Shown in pieces: positions 1 through 9,793 of a DNA stretch of 64,000 bases. Position 1 is the stretch's first letter, and every line of letters begins with the position of its first letter. Both the position numbers and the translations under genes were made by a program. The stretch is from an uncultured Pirellulales bacterium (GTDB lineage: Bacteria > Planctomycetota > Phycisphaerae > Sedimentisphaerales > CAYZTY01), in contig CAYUIE010000003.1 of assembly GCA_964444665.1 (NCBI GenBank), positions 234,990 to 298,989 of the forward strand, given 5' to 3'. A model generated the notes under the pieces. That model did not search any database. It was not told the origin of the DNA and saw only the letters and a program-made list of their open reading frames with translations.

Positions 1-7
1 GGGAAGA

Positions 8-460
8 ATGATACTTTGCGACGCTCTGGCATACGCAGCGGAGCAAAAGTGTGAACCAATCATTGACCTTGCGACACTGACCGGGGCGTGCGTAGTAGCG
101 CTGGGAAATTATATGGCGGGATTGATGGGTAATGATGAGAAACTTATAAAACAGCTCGAGAAGGCGGGCAAAGAAAGCGGTGAGAAACTCTGGCCTATGC
201 CGAGTGGTGAAGAGTACCTGGCGGAAATGAAAAGCAAGATTGCCGATTTGAAAAACATCGGCAGTAAATGGGGCGGGGCCTGTACGGCAGCGGCATTCCT
301 GAGCCAGTTCGTGAACAAGACAAAGTGGGCCCATATCGATATGGCGGGAATGATGGATATTAACAATCCCGACAAGACACTCACGGCAGAAGGAGCAAGC
401 GGATTCGGTGTTCGATTGCTCAGCTCATACCTTATCGGACTAATGAAAAAAAGGTCTTAG
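8..460 (+). CDS. pepA: Leucyl aminopeptidase (M17), C-terminal part; gene starts before the window
   Basis: Motifs ILCDAL, IDLATLTGAC, ADLKN, GGACTAAAFL, WAHIDMAG. Confidence 0.92.
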   Translation: MILCDALAYAAEQKCEPIIDLATLTGACVVALGNYMAGLMGNDEKLIKQLEKAGKESGEKLWPMPSGEEYLAEMKSKIADLKNIGSKWGGACTAAAFLSQFVNKTKWAHIDMAGMMDINNPDKTLTAEGASGFGVRLLSSYLIGLMKKRS

Positions 461-479
461 GGAATAAAAGGATAAGAGG

Positions 480-1070
480 ATGGAATCACAAAAGAAAACA
501 AATATAGATATCGAGAGAATCAAAAAGGCCGTCACAGAAATAATCGAAGCGGTCGGCGAAAATGTCGAACGCAAAGGATTAAAAAACACGCCCCGCCGGG
601 TAGCAATGATGTATGAGGAGCTTCTTGGAGGACTTAATGAAAAGCCAGAAAAATACCTGGAGACGGTTTTCAAGGAAAAATATGACGAGATAGTTTTACT
701 GCGCGATATATCTTTTTACAGTGTTTGTGAACATCACCTGATGCCGTTCATCGGAATGGCCCACGTCGCGTATATGCCAACCGGTTCCGTTGTTGGTGTA
801 AGTAAACTGGCTCGCATTGTAGACTGCTTCGCGCGAAGACTGCAACTTCAGGAACGCCTCACAGTACAGATAGCCGATTTTCTGATGGACAACATCAAGC
901 CTAAAGGAGTAGCGGTCGTACTGGAAGCGTCGCACAGTTGTATGACAATTCGCGGAATAAAAAAACCGGGCTCCGCAATGGTAACCAGCGCGCTTCGTGG
1001 GATATTCAAGAGCGACCCGCGAAGCAGAAGTGAGGTACTAAGCCTGATGCATGTTAACAGTCAAAAATGA
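480..1070 (+). CDS. folE: GTP cyclohydrolase I
   Basis: [36 protein letters not shown] motifs. Confidence 0.97.
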   Translation: MESQKKTNIDIERIKKAVTEIIEAVGENVERKGLKNTPRRVAMMYEELLGGLNEKPEKYLETVFKEKYDEIVLLRDISFYSVCEHHLMPFIGMAHVAYMPTGSVVGVSKLARIVDCFARRLQLQERLTVQIADFLMDNIKPKGVAVVLEASHSCMTIRGIKKPGSAMVTSALRGIFKSDPRSRSEVLSLMHVNSQK

Positions 1071-1148
1071 GAAACAAATCAGCAAAATAAAAAGAAAACC
1101 CAAGGTGGTTTTCCTCTTTTAATTTTTACATTCTATATTTGAATTAGT

Positions 1149-1955
1149 ATGCACAAGCTGGCCAGAGAAATCAGGTTTTCAATAAATCCTTTCTCGTTAC
1201 ACGCGGATGATGGATTCAATTCGTATGCGTCGAAGCCGACGTCCGAAGGGCTGTCGTTTTACTTCGGCCTTTGGGTGGAAGTAAGCGGTCAGGCCGACCC
1301 GGCTACTGGCTTCGTTGTTAACGTGTCGGATATCGACAAGGCCGTTCGCAAATACGCGGCACCGATTCTCAGCCGAATAATAAGAGAATCTTTTAAGAGC
1401 CGCCGGGACCTTTCGCTTGTGGATATAGTTGGATTCCTGAAAAACGCCTGGCGAGAACTTCAGGATAAGTTTGCACCGGCGCACTTGAGTAGATTGTGCC
1501 TGGAATTAAATCCATTCAGGAAAATAGCAGTTGATTCGGAGGACTGCAAAGTGGTTTATTTTAGTGAGAAATTTGAATTTGCCGCGGGGCATAAACTATG
1601 GAATGAAGAATTTTCCAATGAGCGTAATATAGAGCTGTTCGGCAAGTGTGCCAACCCGGCCGGGCACGGACATAACTATATTATAGAGGTTACGGTTAAA
1701 GGGCCTATAGAGCAGGACGGCCATAGTGCGGGAGAATTTGAAAAAATTGTCGAGGAGGCATTTATCAAGCTTGTCGACCACAAGAACCTGAATGTCGATG
1801 TGGCAGGATTTGAAAATATCAATCCTACGGTTGAAAATATCACCGCCTTTGCCTGGAGTAAACTCATGGGACAATTCGGGAAAAGGCAGCTGCATTGTGT
1901 GACTATCTGGGAGACGGACCGGACATACTGCTCTTACTACGGCAGTGACTCGTGA
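1149..1955 (+). CDS. 6-pyruvoyl/6-carboxy-tetrahydropterin synthase family, tandem two-domain form
   Basis: C-terminal domain has FAAGH, CANPAGHGHNY, LVDHKNLN, NPTVENI, IWETD; N-terminal half looks like a degenerate copy; follows folE. Confidence 0.85.
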   Translation: MHKLAREIRFSINPFSLHADDGFNSYASKPTSEGLSFYFGLWVEVSGQADPATGFVVNVSDIDKAVRKYAAPILSRIIRESFKSRRDLSLVDIVGFLKNAWRELQDKFAPAHLSRLCLELNPFRKIAVDSEDCKVVYFSEKFEFAAGHKLWNEEFSNERNIELFGKCANPAGHGHNYIIEVTVKGPIEQDGHSAGEFEKIVEEAFIKLVDHKNLNVDVAGFENINPTVENITAFAWSKLMGQFGKRQLHCVTIWETDRTYCSYYGSDS

Positions 1956-2118
1956 ATCGTATCTCATCGGGAAAAAAGCTTTACCATGCTGATTTTTATA
2001 GTATAGCCGTTTCACTCATAACCAGGCCTGATAAGGCTGTTGTGAACAGCGGACAACCGGTATAATACCTTCTCTACTCGCGGCCCAGGAAGCAACTGCC
2101 AGTCAGAGAATTTCAAAA

Positions 2119-2191
<73 letters not shown>

Positions 2192-2444
2192 AATAACATC
2201 ATACCCCCCTGCTTCCCGGCCTAACAGAGTGCCCAGAAAAATAAAACACTACCGCAAAAAAACAAGGTATGCAAGAAAATAAATGTTACCAAATAGCTGA
2301 TTTTCGTAAAGCCAAATGCCAAAATAGAGATCGCTATAATTAATTAGAAATAGCCGGATTAGACGGGGCTTGGCTTAAATAAATGCGAAGAAATCAATAT
2401 ATGAGTCCGGTCTGAAACAGATATTATAAAGCGATTGTGGTCTT

Positions 2445-3128
2445 TTATTTTGATTCTGCTGAATTAGATAATACCTGGGCAGACCTTATTGCTCGCGATA
2501 AACCGGGGATTATTGCTGTAATTTTATTTAATTCATCAGCACTAAGTTCCTTCTGCGCGGAGCGATAAACGAGCATAAAGCCAACACTATTACCACCCTG
2601 AGACAAAGGAACACCGGCAAAAGTAACTTTGTTTAATACCGACAAATTACCCTGAAGGCCCATAGTAAACATATCTTCGGCTAAACAGAGTTTATAGAAA
2701 TTACTAACGTTTCTGACAAGTTCAGCAGTAAAAATTTCTCCAAATTGCCCAGCATCTATGCCCACAGGTTTTTCGGACTCGAAAATGTGTATCTGAAAAT
2801 TGTGACCATCAAGTAGAAAAAAACCAACGCTTGCATCGGAAATAGCACTCTGAATAGCTTGTGCTGTTGCCCGCAGAATGGCAGTTAAATCGGTCAGGCC
2901 AACCACGACTTCATAGAAATCAACAACAAAGCTGAGCATCTGCAGTCTGGTAATAAAATCTCGCTGGGCGGTAATAATATCATTGCACAATATATCTATT
3001 TTCTTGGCCTGTGCCCGTCGAACTTTATTCAGCTTCCGTAGATATAAACGTAATCTTTTATGTCGTTGATTTTCCAATCCAGACTCACTCCTTGAGAGAG
3101 CCCCTTCTGAAAGGCTCTCTAAAAGCAA
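2445..3128 (-). CDS. Hypothetical protein, N-terminal coiled coil plus GAF-like domain
   Basis: C-terminal FAGVPL..SVGFMLVYR...ADELNKITAI pattern typical of GAF; downstream of the HDOD kinase. Confidence 0.6.
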   Translation of the reverse strand: MLLESLSEGALSRSESGLENQRHKRLRLYLRKLNKVRRAQAKKIDILCNDIITAQRDFITRLQMLSFVVDFYEVVVGLTDLTAILRATAQAIQSAISDASVGFFLLDGHNFQIHIFESEKPVGIDAGQFGEIFTAELVRNVSNFYKLCLAEDMFTMGLQGNLSVLNKVTFAGVPLSQGGNSVGFMLVYRSAQKELSADELNKITAIIPGLSRAIRSAQVLSNSAESK

Positions 3129-3302
3129 TTTCGACCCTCTCAGCCACAGTCTTTAAGGGCCTCTAAAGCCTTTTGAGGGCATAATCTTCCAGCCCTATAA
3201 ACTGCCGATTATTCCGATTATTAATCACTAAAAGGTTTCAGGATAATTCTCAGGAGGCTGAGAGCATGAAAATAGCTTTCCAGTACTTCACCGTTTTCGG
3301 AC

Positions 3303-5537
3303 TTATTTTCGGGGCAGAAGTACAGTTACTATTGTTCCACTGCCCTGCCGACTTGCCAAACGCAAGGAACCTTTGTTCAACTGCAGAACTCGATATGCAT
3401 ATGCAAGGCCCATGCCCCTTCTACGGCCTGCCGGCCTGTCCGAAAAGAAAGGCTTTGTGGCCTTCTGTAAAACCTCGGCGCTCATACCGCAACCGAAATC
3501 CGTGATTTGCAACCTGACAAAATCTCCTGATTCATCGCAGGCACCAATAATCCTGATAGGTCCCCTGCCACCAGGATACGAATCAAGCGCATTCGAAAGG
3601 ATTTTGACGAATGCAGATACCACCTGCCGGGAATCAATGAAAACATTCCCGATGTCATCAAGATTTTTTACCTGAACCTCAAGCGACTCGGTCTTGTACT
3701 CCTTAGCTGTCTCTTTTATTGCCTGTTTAAGTAGCTGTCTTACGCTGCTGGTCGTGGGAGCTGGTGGCAACGGGCGGGCATAATTGACTAAATCAACAAT
3801 AATCTCTGAGATTTCCTTCGTTTTCTCCTGAATCTGGCTGAGTATGCGTTTTTTCTCAGGGTCGGCCTCGGTTTTGGCAAGCAACTGAACTCGGCCGGAT
3901 ATTACCGCAAGTGGATTATTCAACTCGTGGGCCGCCCCGGAAGCCATTTCAGCCAAACCCGCCAGCGACTCAGACTCTATAGCGGCCCATCGTTCCTGCC
4001 GGACCCGTCCAAGAAACTCGGCAAATCGTTCGGAAAGACGAGCCTGCTGCTCACACCACAACCCAAGCGAAATAACAGCCGCACCAACCGAAGCCACTGT
4101 AGAAAAACCAGCCAGGCGATTCTCCAGCGCAATCGGATAGCGCTGCTCAAAAACAATAGCGCCAATTGCCCTGCCTTCTTTTAGCAATGGTGCTATTTTT
4201 GCCTTGCTTGAATTGAAAGGTATTTCCGTCTGCTCGAATAACCAGCCGGCACACTCAGAAGCATCCAAAATGGCAAAGTTTTCTTGCAGCCGGGTAGGTA
4301 TGGCAGAGAAACCCTCCGGCAGCTTAAGTATAAATGATTCTGCGAAACCCGACTCGTTAATTGCAACTGCCTCGAAAAATTGTTTCTGCTGAGCATCGAG
4401 AAGATAAATACAAACCGGACCGGTTTGATAAAACTTTTGCCACCGGACAGCGAATTTTTCTGCAACTTCGGTCGTGGTCATTTCAGGTCTGACTGAAGTT
4501 AAAAAGTCGGTTACCAAATTAAGATGAGCCAAATCGCCCATCAATTTTCGGTTTTCCATTGAAAGTTTCGTATTGTCTCCGGAGAGCTGAACAGATTTAC
4601 TACGTATAGTATCACAATAGGAGGCTAAAGAACCGTGGGCATCAAGACCCAGCACCCGACTTCTCTGCATAACTTCCTCATCGAGCTTTTCGCGCATCTG
4701 TCTTATTTGCTCGCCGCTTAATGAAAGAGACTCGGCCGTGCGGGAAATTGCTTCACCTGTAAAATCATAACTGCCCGATTCGCCTATGTTGGCTTCATGA
4801 GCGATTAAATCCGCCAGGTATACAAGAAGACTAATCTTACATAGCGGCAAACTCTTAGAAATCGTTTCAGTATCACTATGATGCAGCCAGATGGCAAAAA
4901 CCACCTCAGCCGGCAGATGCCACTTTTCGGCCAGATGCTTTCCAATTACCGTGTGGTCAAAACTTAAATACTTTTGTTCTACGATAGAGGAGCATAGACC
5001 TTGTGTTTTTGCTTCATTCACAATACGTTCAAAACTCTTCGGCATCACCTCGGCCAGGGCCAGTTTGCCGATGTCATGAAGAAGCCCTGCTGAAAACGCC
5101 AGCTGCCAATCCGATTCCGGCAAAAAATACTCGGCAATACTCTTAGTGCAACACGCTACTGCAAGCGAGTGAAAAGCAAGTTGCTTGTGGGACAGAATTC
5201 GGTCTCTATCAGTCTCACGGTTATCAATCTCAAAGACCTTCACGGATAAGGCCGCCTCACGCATAACCTCGAGAGGTAAGGCAAAAACAGCTTCACGGAC
5301 CGATGGTCTTGCTTCGGCAAAACGAACACCTTGCGTATGTGCCAATGAAAGAACTTTTATGCTTAGCGCTGGATCAGATTCTACAATCTGGGCCACAATT
5401 TCCGGACTTGAAAGTTGTGATAATAATTGCGTTATTACGGCGGGCAAAGTAGCAAGCGTATTCAAACGACGAACAATCATCTCAATACGGCGACTTGCTA
5501 CTGCTTTCGAAGTGAACTGTTCCATCAGTTTTATCAA
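3303..5537 (-). CDS. HDOD-domain signal transduction histidine kinase
   Basis: N-terminal LATLP/VESDPAL/AGLLHDIGKL (HDOD); C-terminal AHELNNPLAVI (H box), NALD, DFGCGM, FFS, GMGLA (HATPase). Confidence 0.9.
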   Translation of the reverse strand: MIKLMEQFTSKAVASRRIEMIVRRLNTLATLPAVITQLLSQLSSPEIVAQIVESDPALSIKVLSLAHTQGVRFAEARPSVREAVFALPLEVMREAALSVKVFEIDNRETDRDRILSHKQLAFHSLAVACCTKSIAEYFLPESDWQLAFSAGLLHDIGKLALAEVMPKSFERIVNEAKTQGLCSSIVEQKYLSFDHTVIGKHLAEKWHLPAEVVFAIWLHHSDTETISKSLPLCKISLLVYLADLIAHEANIGESGSYDFTGEAISRTAESLSLSGEQIRQMREKLDEEVMQRSRVLGLDAHGSLASYCDTIRSKSVQLSGDNTKLSMENRKLMGDLAHLNLVTDFLTSVRPEMTTTEVAEKFAVRWQKFYQTGPVCIYLLDAQQKQFFEAVAINESGFAESFILKLPEGFSAIPTRLQENFAILDASECAGWLFEQTEIPFNSSKAKIAPLLKEGRAIGAIVFEQRYPIALENRLAGFSTVASVGAAVISLGLWCEQQARLSERFAEFLGRVRQERWAAIESESLAGLAEMASGAAHELNNPLAVISGRVQLLAKTEADPEKKRILSQIQEKTKEISEIIVDLVNYARPLPPAPTTSSVRQLLKQAIKETAKEYKTESLEVQVKNLDDIGNVFIDSRQVVSAFVKILSNALDSYPGGRGPIRIIGACDESGDFVRLQITDFGCGMSAEVLQKATKPFFSDRPAGRRRGMGLAYAYRVLQLNKGSLRLASRQGSGTIVTVLLPRK

Positions 5538-5544
5538 TGCCCCC

Positions 5545-6120
5545 TCAGTCCATTTCTAAAATGCCTGTAATTCTTTCAACCACTTCAGTAATATTAAATG
5601 GTTTTCTTATGAAATCGACGGCACCTGATTTTAAGAGCTCTTCAATCTCGCTCTGATTGACTACGCCACTAATTATAATTATCTTTGTGTTCTCAAAGGC
5701 TGGGTTGCTTCGGATTGTTCTGCAAACTACATTCCCATTGACATCCGGCAGCATATAATCCAGGATTATTAGCTCCGGATGAAATTGCTGAGTCAAAACT
5801 CCTGCCTCATATCCTGTCTCTGCAGCTTTAACATCGAACCTACCATCACGAATCAGAATATCAACCATAAGTTCCACAATTTCCCTGTCATCATCTACAA
5901 TAAGCACTTTTCTCTTACCTGTTTCAAGCTCATCCAAAGGTATGTCATTTTCTTTCATAAATTTTAATAAGCTCTCACGAGGTATTCTGCGAAACTTTGA
6001 ACCTGGAACTTTGAATCCTTGTAGCTTACCAGCGTCAAAACACCGAATAATGGTCTGCTGACTAACTTTGCAAATCCTTGCAGCTTCACCCGTTGTAAAC
6101 AAGTCTTTATTCCTGTTCAT
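5545..6120 (-). CDS. Response regulator with N-terminal excisionase-like HTH
   Basis: FTTGEAARICKVSQQTIIRCFD HTH; VLIVDDD, LDYMLPD and KPF receiver motifs. Confidence 0.9.
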   Translation of the reverse strand: MNRNKDLFTTGEAARICKVSQQTIIRCFDAGKLQGFKVPGSKFRRIPRESLLKFMKENDIPLDELETGKRKVLIVDDDREIVELMVDILIRDGRFDVKAAETGYEAGVLTQQFHPELIILDYMLPDVNGNVVCRTIRSNPAFENTKIIIISGVVNQSEIEELLKSGAVDFIRKPFNITEVVERITGILEMD

Positions 6121-6504
6121 CCCTTATCCCTTCTGAAAAGTCTCGCCTCCATAATTCTGCCCATTTTGCCTTTTCTCTCCAGTTTAACCATTTTTCAAAT
6201 GACTGTCAAGCCCTAATAAAATCCCTAAAAAACATTTTTCTTTTTGAAAAATCTTGAATCAGTCGGCATTCAGTACAATAACGTTTTGTGCAAATATCTA
6301 AAGATTGTTTAGATTTTGCCACAAAGTTGTCTGAAACCAATTTTAATTTCTAATGTTCAGAATACTTTACTTTACGTTTGTAATTACGTTTGTAATGATT
6401 AACACTTCAAACTGTAAAAGGGGATTAAGCGGAAGATGTTTAGCGTAAGAATATATATCTACTTACTTTGTAGCAATAAAAAGCAGCACAATTATATGTG
6501 TCAT

Positions 6505-6834
6505 TTACGAAATCAAAGATTCGGTAAACTGTACTGCAATGTCTATGCTTGCATTATCGAGCAATCTCTTTCTATCGACACGGACAACTTTGCCGCTTTT
6601 GATCCTAGCGAAACTTCCTTTATATTTCGCCAAATCTTTAGTGCGTGGAAAGTTTATTTCAACAATGTGACCCGTCCGAACAGGTACCGCTATAGGAGCT
6701 GATAACAATGCACCGCCTTTACTTATGTTTATACTTCGTACGTTAAAAAACCTGTTAACTTCCGGCAACCACAAACTGACAGGCCAATTTAATTCCGTCC
6801 GTGCATTTCTACGCTGCTCTACAAAAGTTTCCAT
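6505..6834 (-). CDS. PilZ domain protein (c-di-GMP receptor)
   Basis: RRNAR (RxxxR) and NISKGG (D/NxSxxG) motifs intact. Confidence 0.85.
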   Translation of the reverse strand: METFVEQRRNARTELNWPVSLWLPEVNRFFNVRSINISKGGALLSAPIAVPVRTGHIVEINFPRTKDLAKYKGSFARIKSGKVVRVDRKRLLDNASIDIAVQFTESLIS

Positions 6835-7262
6835 ATCTTCACTCTCCGTTAATTTTTATTCTTTTCATATAAATAAAATTATCGGCATTGTCAAGACAGG
6901 CAATTTAGGGTAATTAGAAAATATAAATGCTTTGCAGCACTTTTTTTTGCTATTAATTCTTATTCATACTACAACAGCATTTTTTATCGGTCGTAGTATT
7001 GAATTATATTCGTTAATATTGAAATGATTTAGAAATGCTTAAGATAATCATTAATTGAATGTGCACTACTTTTTTGAAGGCACTTAAGATTTAAGAGAAA
7101 ATTTAGATTTAAAAAACAATGATATAATCTATACAGATGACCTGACTGCAAATTTTATTGAAGTTTATTCAAAAAGGAGTTTAAATATTCAAAGATTAAA
7201 ATATTTTAAAAAGTCAAACCCACCACAAAAAGGATTAAGGTTTCACTTTAAGTAAAAAACGA

Positions 7263-7676
7263 ATGATTAAAAAATTAGCATATACTTTGGAACATTCTTT
7301 TATCAAATTTGCCATCGTAGGTTCTTTAGGAGCTTTAACAAATCTCTCAATTTTTTATGTTTTCGTCGATATTCTCCATTTTTGGGCAAATGTTATCTCC
7401 GTGGCTGCTTTTATAATAGCCGGTATACAAAATTATATTTTACATCATATCTGGACTTTTAGAAAAATAACTTACGGCAATAAAATGTCTTTTCGTAACT
7501 GGGTAAAATTCAATGTAACCACGTCGTTCGGGCTGGGAATAAACCTAATTGTATTGAATTTAATATTATACTTTTATACCGTTAATCAGAAGGTAATTGC
7601 GCAGGCTTGTGGCGTTGTCTGCGGCATGATATTCAACTACTTAGGTTCAAAGTATTTTGTTTTTAATAAAAAATAA
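7263..7676 (+). CDS. GtrA family membrane protein
   Basis: FIKFAIVGSLG start, four hydrophobic segments, NYLGSKYFVF end; AT-rich context. Confidence 0.88.
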   Translation: MIKKLAYTLEHSFIKFAIVGSLGALTNLSIFYVFVDILHFWANVISVAAFIIAGIQNYILHHIWTFRKITYGNKMSFRNWVKFNVTTSFGLGINLIVLNLILYFYTVNQKVIAQACGVVCGMIFNYLGSKYFVFNKK

Positions 7677-7729
7677 ACTTAGAAGAAAAGAAGAATTTGT
7701 TGAAAAATTCTACGTTTGAAAAATCATTT

Positions 7730-8001
7730 TGATATTACCCCTGCTCATGTCCAAACCGTGATTAGAGAAGCATTCACGTTTCGTGCCGTGGATTACCCAA
7801 GCGGAAGCGTAGCAGAGGCCGCAGCAACAAATTCGCCAGCAAAATGTGGCGGGATCTTGTACCCCCCAAACTATGTGGTCGACGATGACTGTATTCCAGA
7901 CGCCACTGCTCGGTAAACACCTTCGCATCGGCAATAAACTCCAGACAATTGTCACTGCGAATAAACTTCGGCGTGCTCCGAAGCGTGAATAGATACCACA
8001 A
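7730..8001 (-). pseudogene. IS3-family transposase relic with right end
   Basis: IRSDN(C)LEFIA fused to EQWRLEYSHRRPHSLG (integrase core with internal deletion); minus-strand terminus ...TGGACATGAGCAGGGGTAATATCA resembles an IS3 IRR. Confidence 0.7.
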
Positions 8002-8047
8002 AACTGCAATCAGATATCTAACCTTTATAATTGGTTAGAAGTGAAAG

Positions 8048-8260
8048 CCAATACCGGCAAAACAGGGCAGTCCTATGGACTCCTCATGTAGGATGCGTAA
8101 CGGCACTTAGTGGACTTACGGAGAGTCGCCCTTTATGATTACGAATACAAACGTAACGGTATATCCTTTTTTTTGATGCTTTAACTATTGGCCCCCAGGC
8201 GATATGTGCAGGTTACCGACACAAGAACAAATGTAGATTTTGCTCTTGTATTTTTTACCT
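8048..8260 (+). pseudogene. IS630-family transposase relic
   Basis: Manual translation: PIPAKQGSP (8048-8074), ~60 bp interruption, then YDYEYKRNGISFFLML*LLAPRRYVQVTDTRTNVDFA (from 8134), matching the IS630 PIPAKPG..YDYEYKRNG..RHVKVTDRRT..DFA pattern, with an in-frame stop. Confidence 0.7.
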
Positions 8261-8812
8261 GTCGCTGTCCATTTTTCAAGAAGATTCCTACTATTTACCA
8301 CGATATTATAGGATTAGGTACAAATAAATTCCGGAGTTAAGATGAAGTTATATTTATGGAATAAAACCGTGAAAAAGAGTATGTAAGCCCTTACAATTGA
8401 GCAAAAAGCAGGTAATCACCTTATGAAAGCCTTTTTACCCAATGAATTCGAACTTGGGCTATCAAGGCAACGTAAAATTGTTGTGCGAATTTAGGAGTGG
8501 AGATAGGTTTTCAATCGCCCCTTTACTAAAGCTATGTTCAGTATCTGCCGATAGTTACGTTAAGTCAGTATGAATTACAAGGGAATTTTTGCGCGGCCGA
8601 CGGGGACAGAGTCTAAGTAAAGTATCGGTGAGAGAATACTTGGTCTTTCCAAAATAAGTCTATTTGCAATTATCGAGCATTTTAGGTATATAAATAAGAG
8701 TTGTGCGAAGGGAAAAACTCGGCCGTAAGGGAGGGAGCTTTATTATATAAGCCAGCCAAAAGCGAGCTGGTAAAAAACGAAACGAGTTATTTTAATCTGA
8801 AGGACAAGTAGC

Positions 8813-9778
8813 TTGAAAACACTCATTACTGGCGGGGCGGGATTTATCGGTTCTAATCTCGCAGAAGAGTTGCTGCGTGCGGGCCAAGAGGTAGCAGTGG
8901 TAGATGACCTGAGCACAGGCAGCCTGAAAAATATCGAGGGAATAAGGCAGAAAAAAGGTTTTATGTTTGTGCGGGACAATGTCCGCAACGCATCGACAAT
9001 GACAATGCTGATAGAACAGTCTGATGTGGTCATCCATCTGGCTGCGGCCGTTGGCGTTAATCTAACGGTAGATGAGCCGGTACACACGATAGAAACTAAC
9101 GTTCACGGGACAGAAGTCGTACTCGATATAGCGAACAAATTCGGGAAGAAAGTGCTTATAGCCTCAAGCAGCGACGTATACGGAAAAAGTAATGCGGTAC
9201 CCTTCCGTGAAGATGACGATAGCGTGCTTGGAAGTACAAGATTTTCCCGATGGGCGTATGCATGCAGCAAGGCGATTGACGAATTTTTAGGATTGGCTTA
9301 CTTCGAGCAGTATGGCCTTGAGGTTATCGTAATAAGATTCTTCAATACAATAGGGCCAAGGCAAACAGGCAAGTATGGGATGGTTGTCCCACGGTTTATC
9401 AACTGGGCGCTTAGGGATGAGCCATTGCTCATTTACGGAACGGGCCAACAAAGCCGCTGCTTCAGCTATGTAGGCGACGTAGTGGAGGGAGTCGTGGAAT
9501 TGATAAACTGTTCCGGAGCAGCTGGAAGAGTTTATAACCTCGGCTCAACCGAAGAGATTACAATCGAGTCTCTGGCGGATAAAATCATCGCGATGACCGG
9601 AAGCAAAAGCAAAAAGCGATTCATTTCATACGAGGAGGCCTTTAATAAACCTTCAGATGATATGATGCGACGGGTGCCGTGTGTGGAGCGCATCAAAGAA
9701 ACTACAGGCTGGGTACCGAAGACAACTTTGGAAGAAGCTTTACAAACTATTATAGGCGAATTCAGAAAACTAACGTGA
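8813..9778 (+). CDS. NAD-dependent epimerase/dehydratase (extended SDR, nucleotide-sugar)
   Basis: ITGGAGFIGS, YACSK (YxxxK), RFFNTIGPRQ; TTG start. Confidence 0.92.
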   Translation: MKTLITGGAGFIGSNLAEELLRAGQEVAVVDDLSTGSLKNIEGIRQKKGFMFVRDNVRNASTMTMLIEQSDVVIHLAAAVGVNLTVDEPVHTIETNVHGTEVVLDIANKFGKKVLIASSSDVYGKSNAVPFREDDDSVLGSTRFSRWAYACSKAIDEFLGLAYFEQYGLEVIVIRFFNTIGPRQTGKYGMVVPRFINWALRDEPLLIYGTGQQSRCFSYVGDVVEGVVELINCSGAAGRVYNLGSTEEITIESLADKIIAMTGSKSKKRFISYEEAFNKPSDDMMRRVPCVERIKETTGWVPKTTLEEALQTIIGEFRKLT

Positions 9779-9793
9779 GATGGAGAAATCTCT

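Noticed and set aside
8705-8740. GNRA hairpin (CTC..CC-GTAA-GG.GAG) upstream of the EPS operon, faintly like a c-di-GMP-I riboswitch P2
   Set aside because: Conserved GGCAAA / GACGCAAAG / P1 elements are absent; an Infernal Rfam scan would be needed.
8340-8810. JUMPstart/ops element expected ahead of a polysaccharide operon
   Set aside because: No GGCGGTAG-type motif found.
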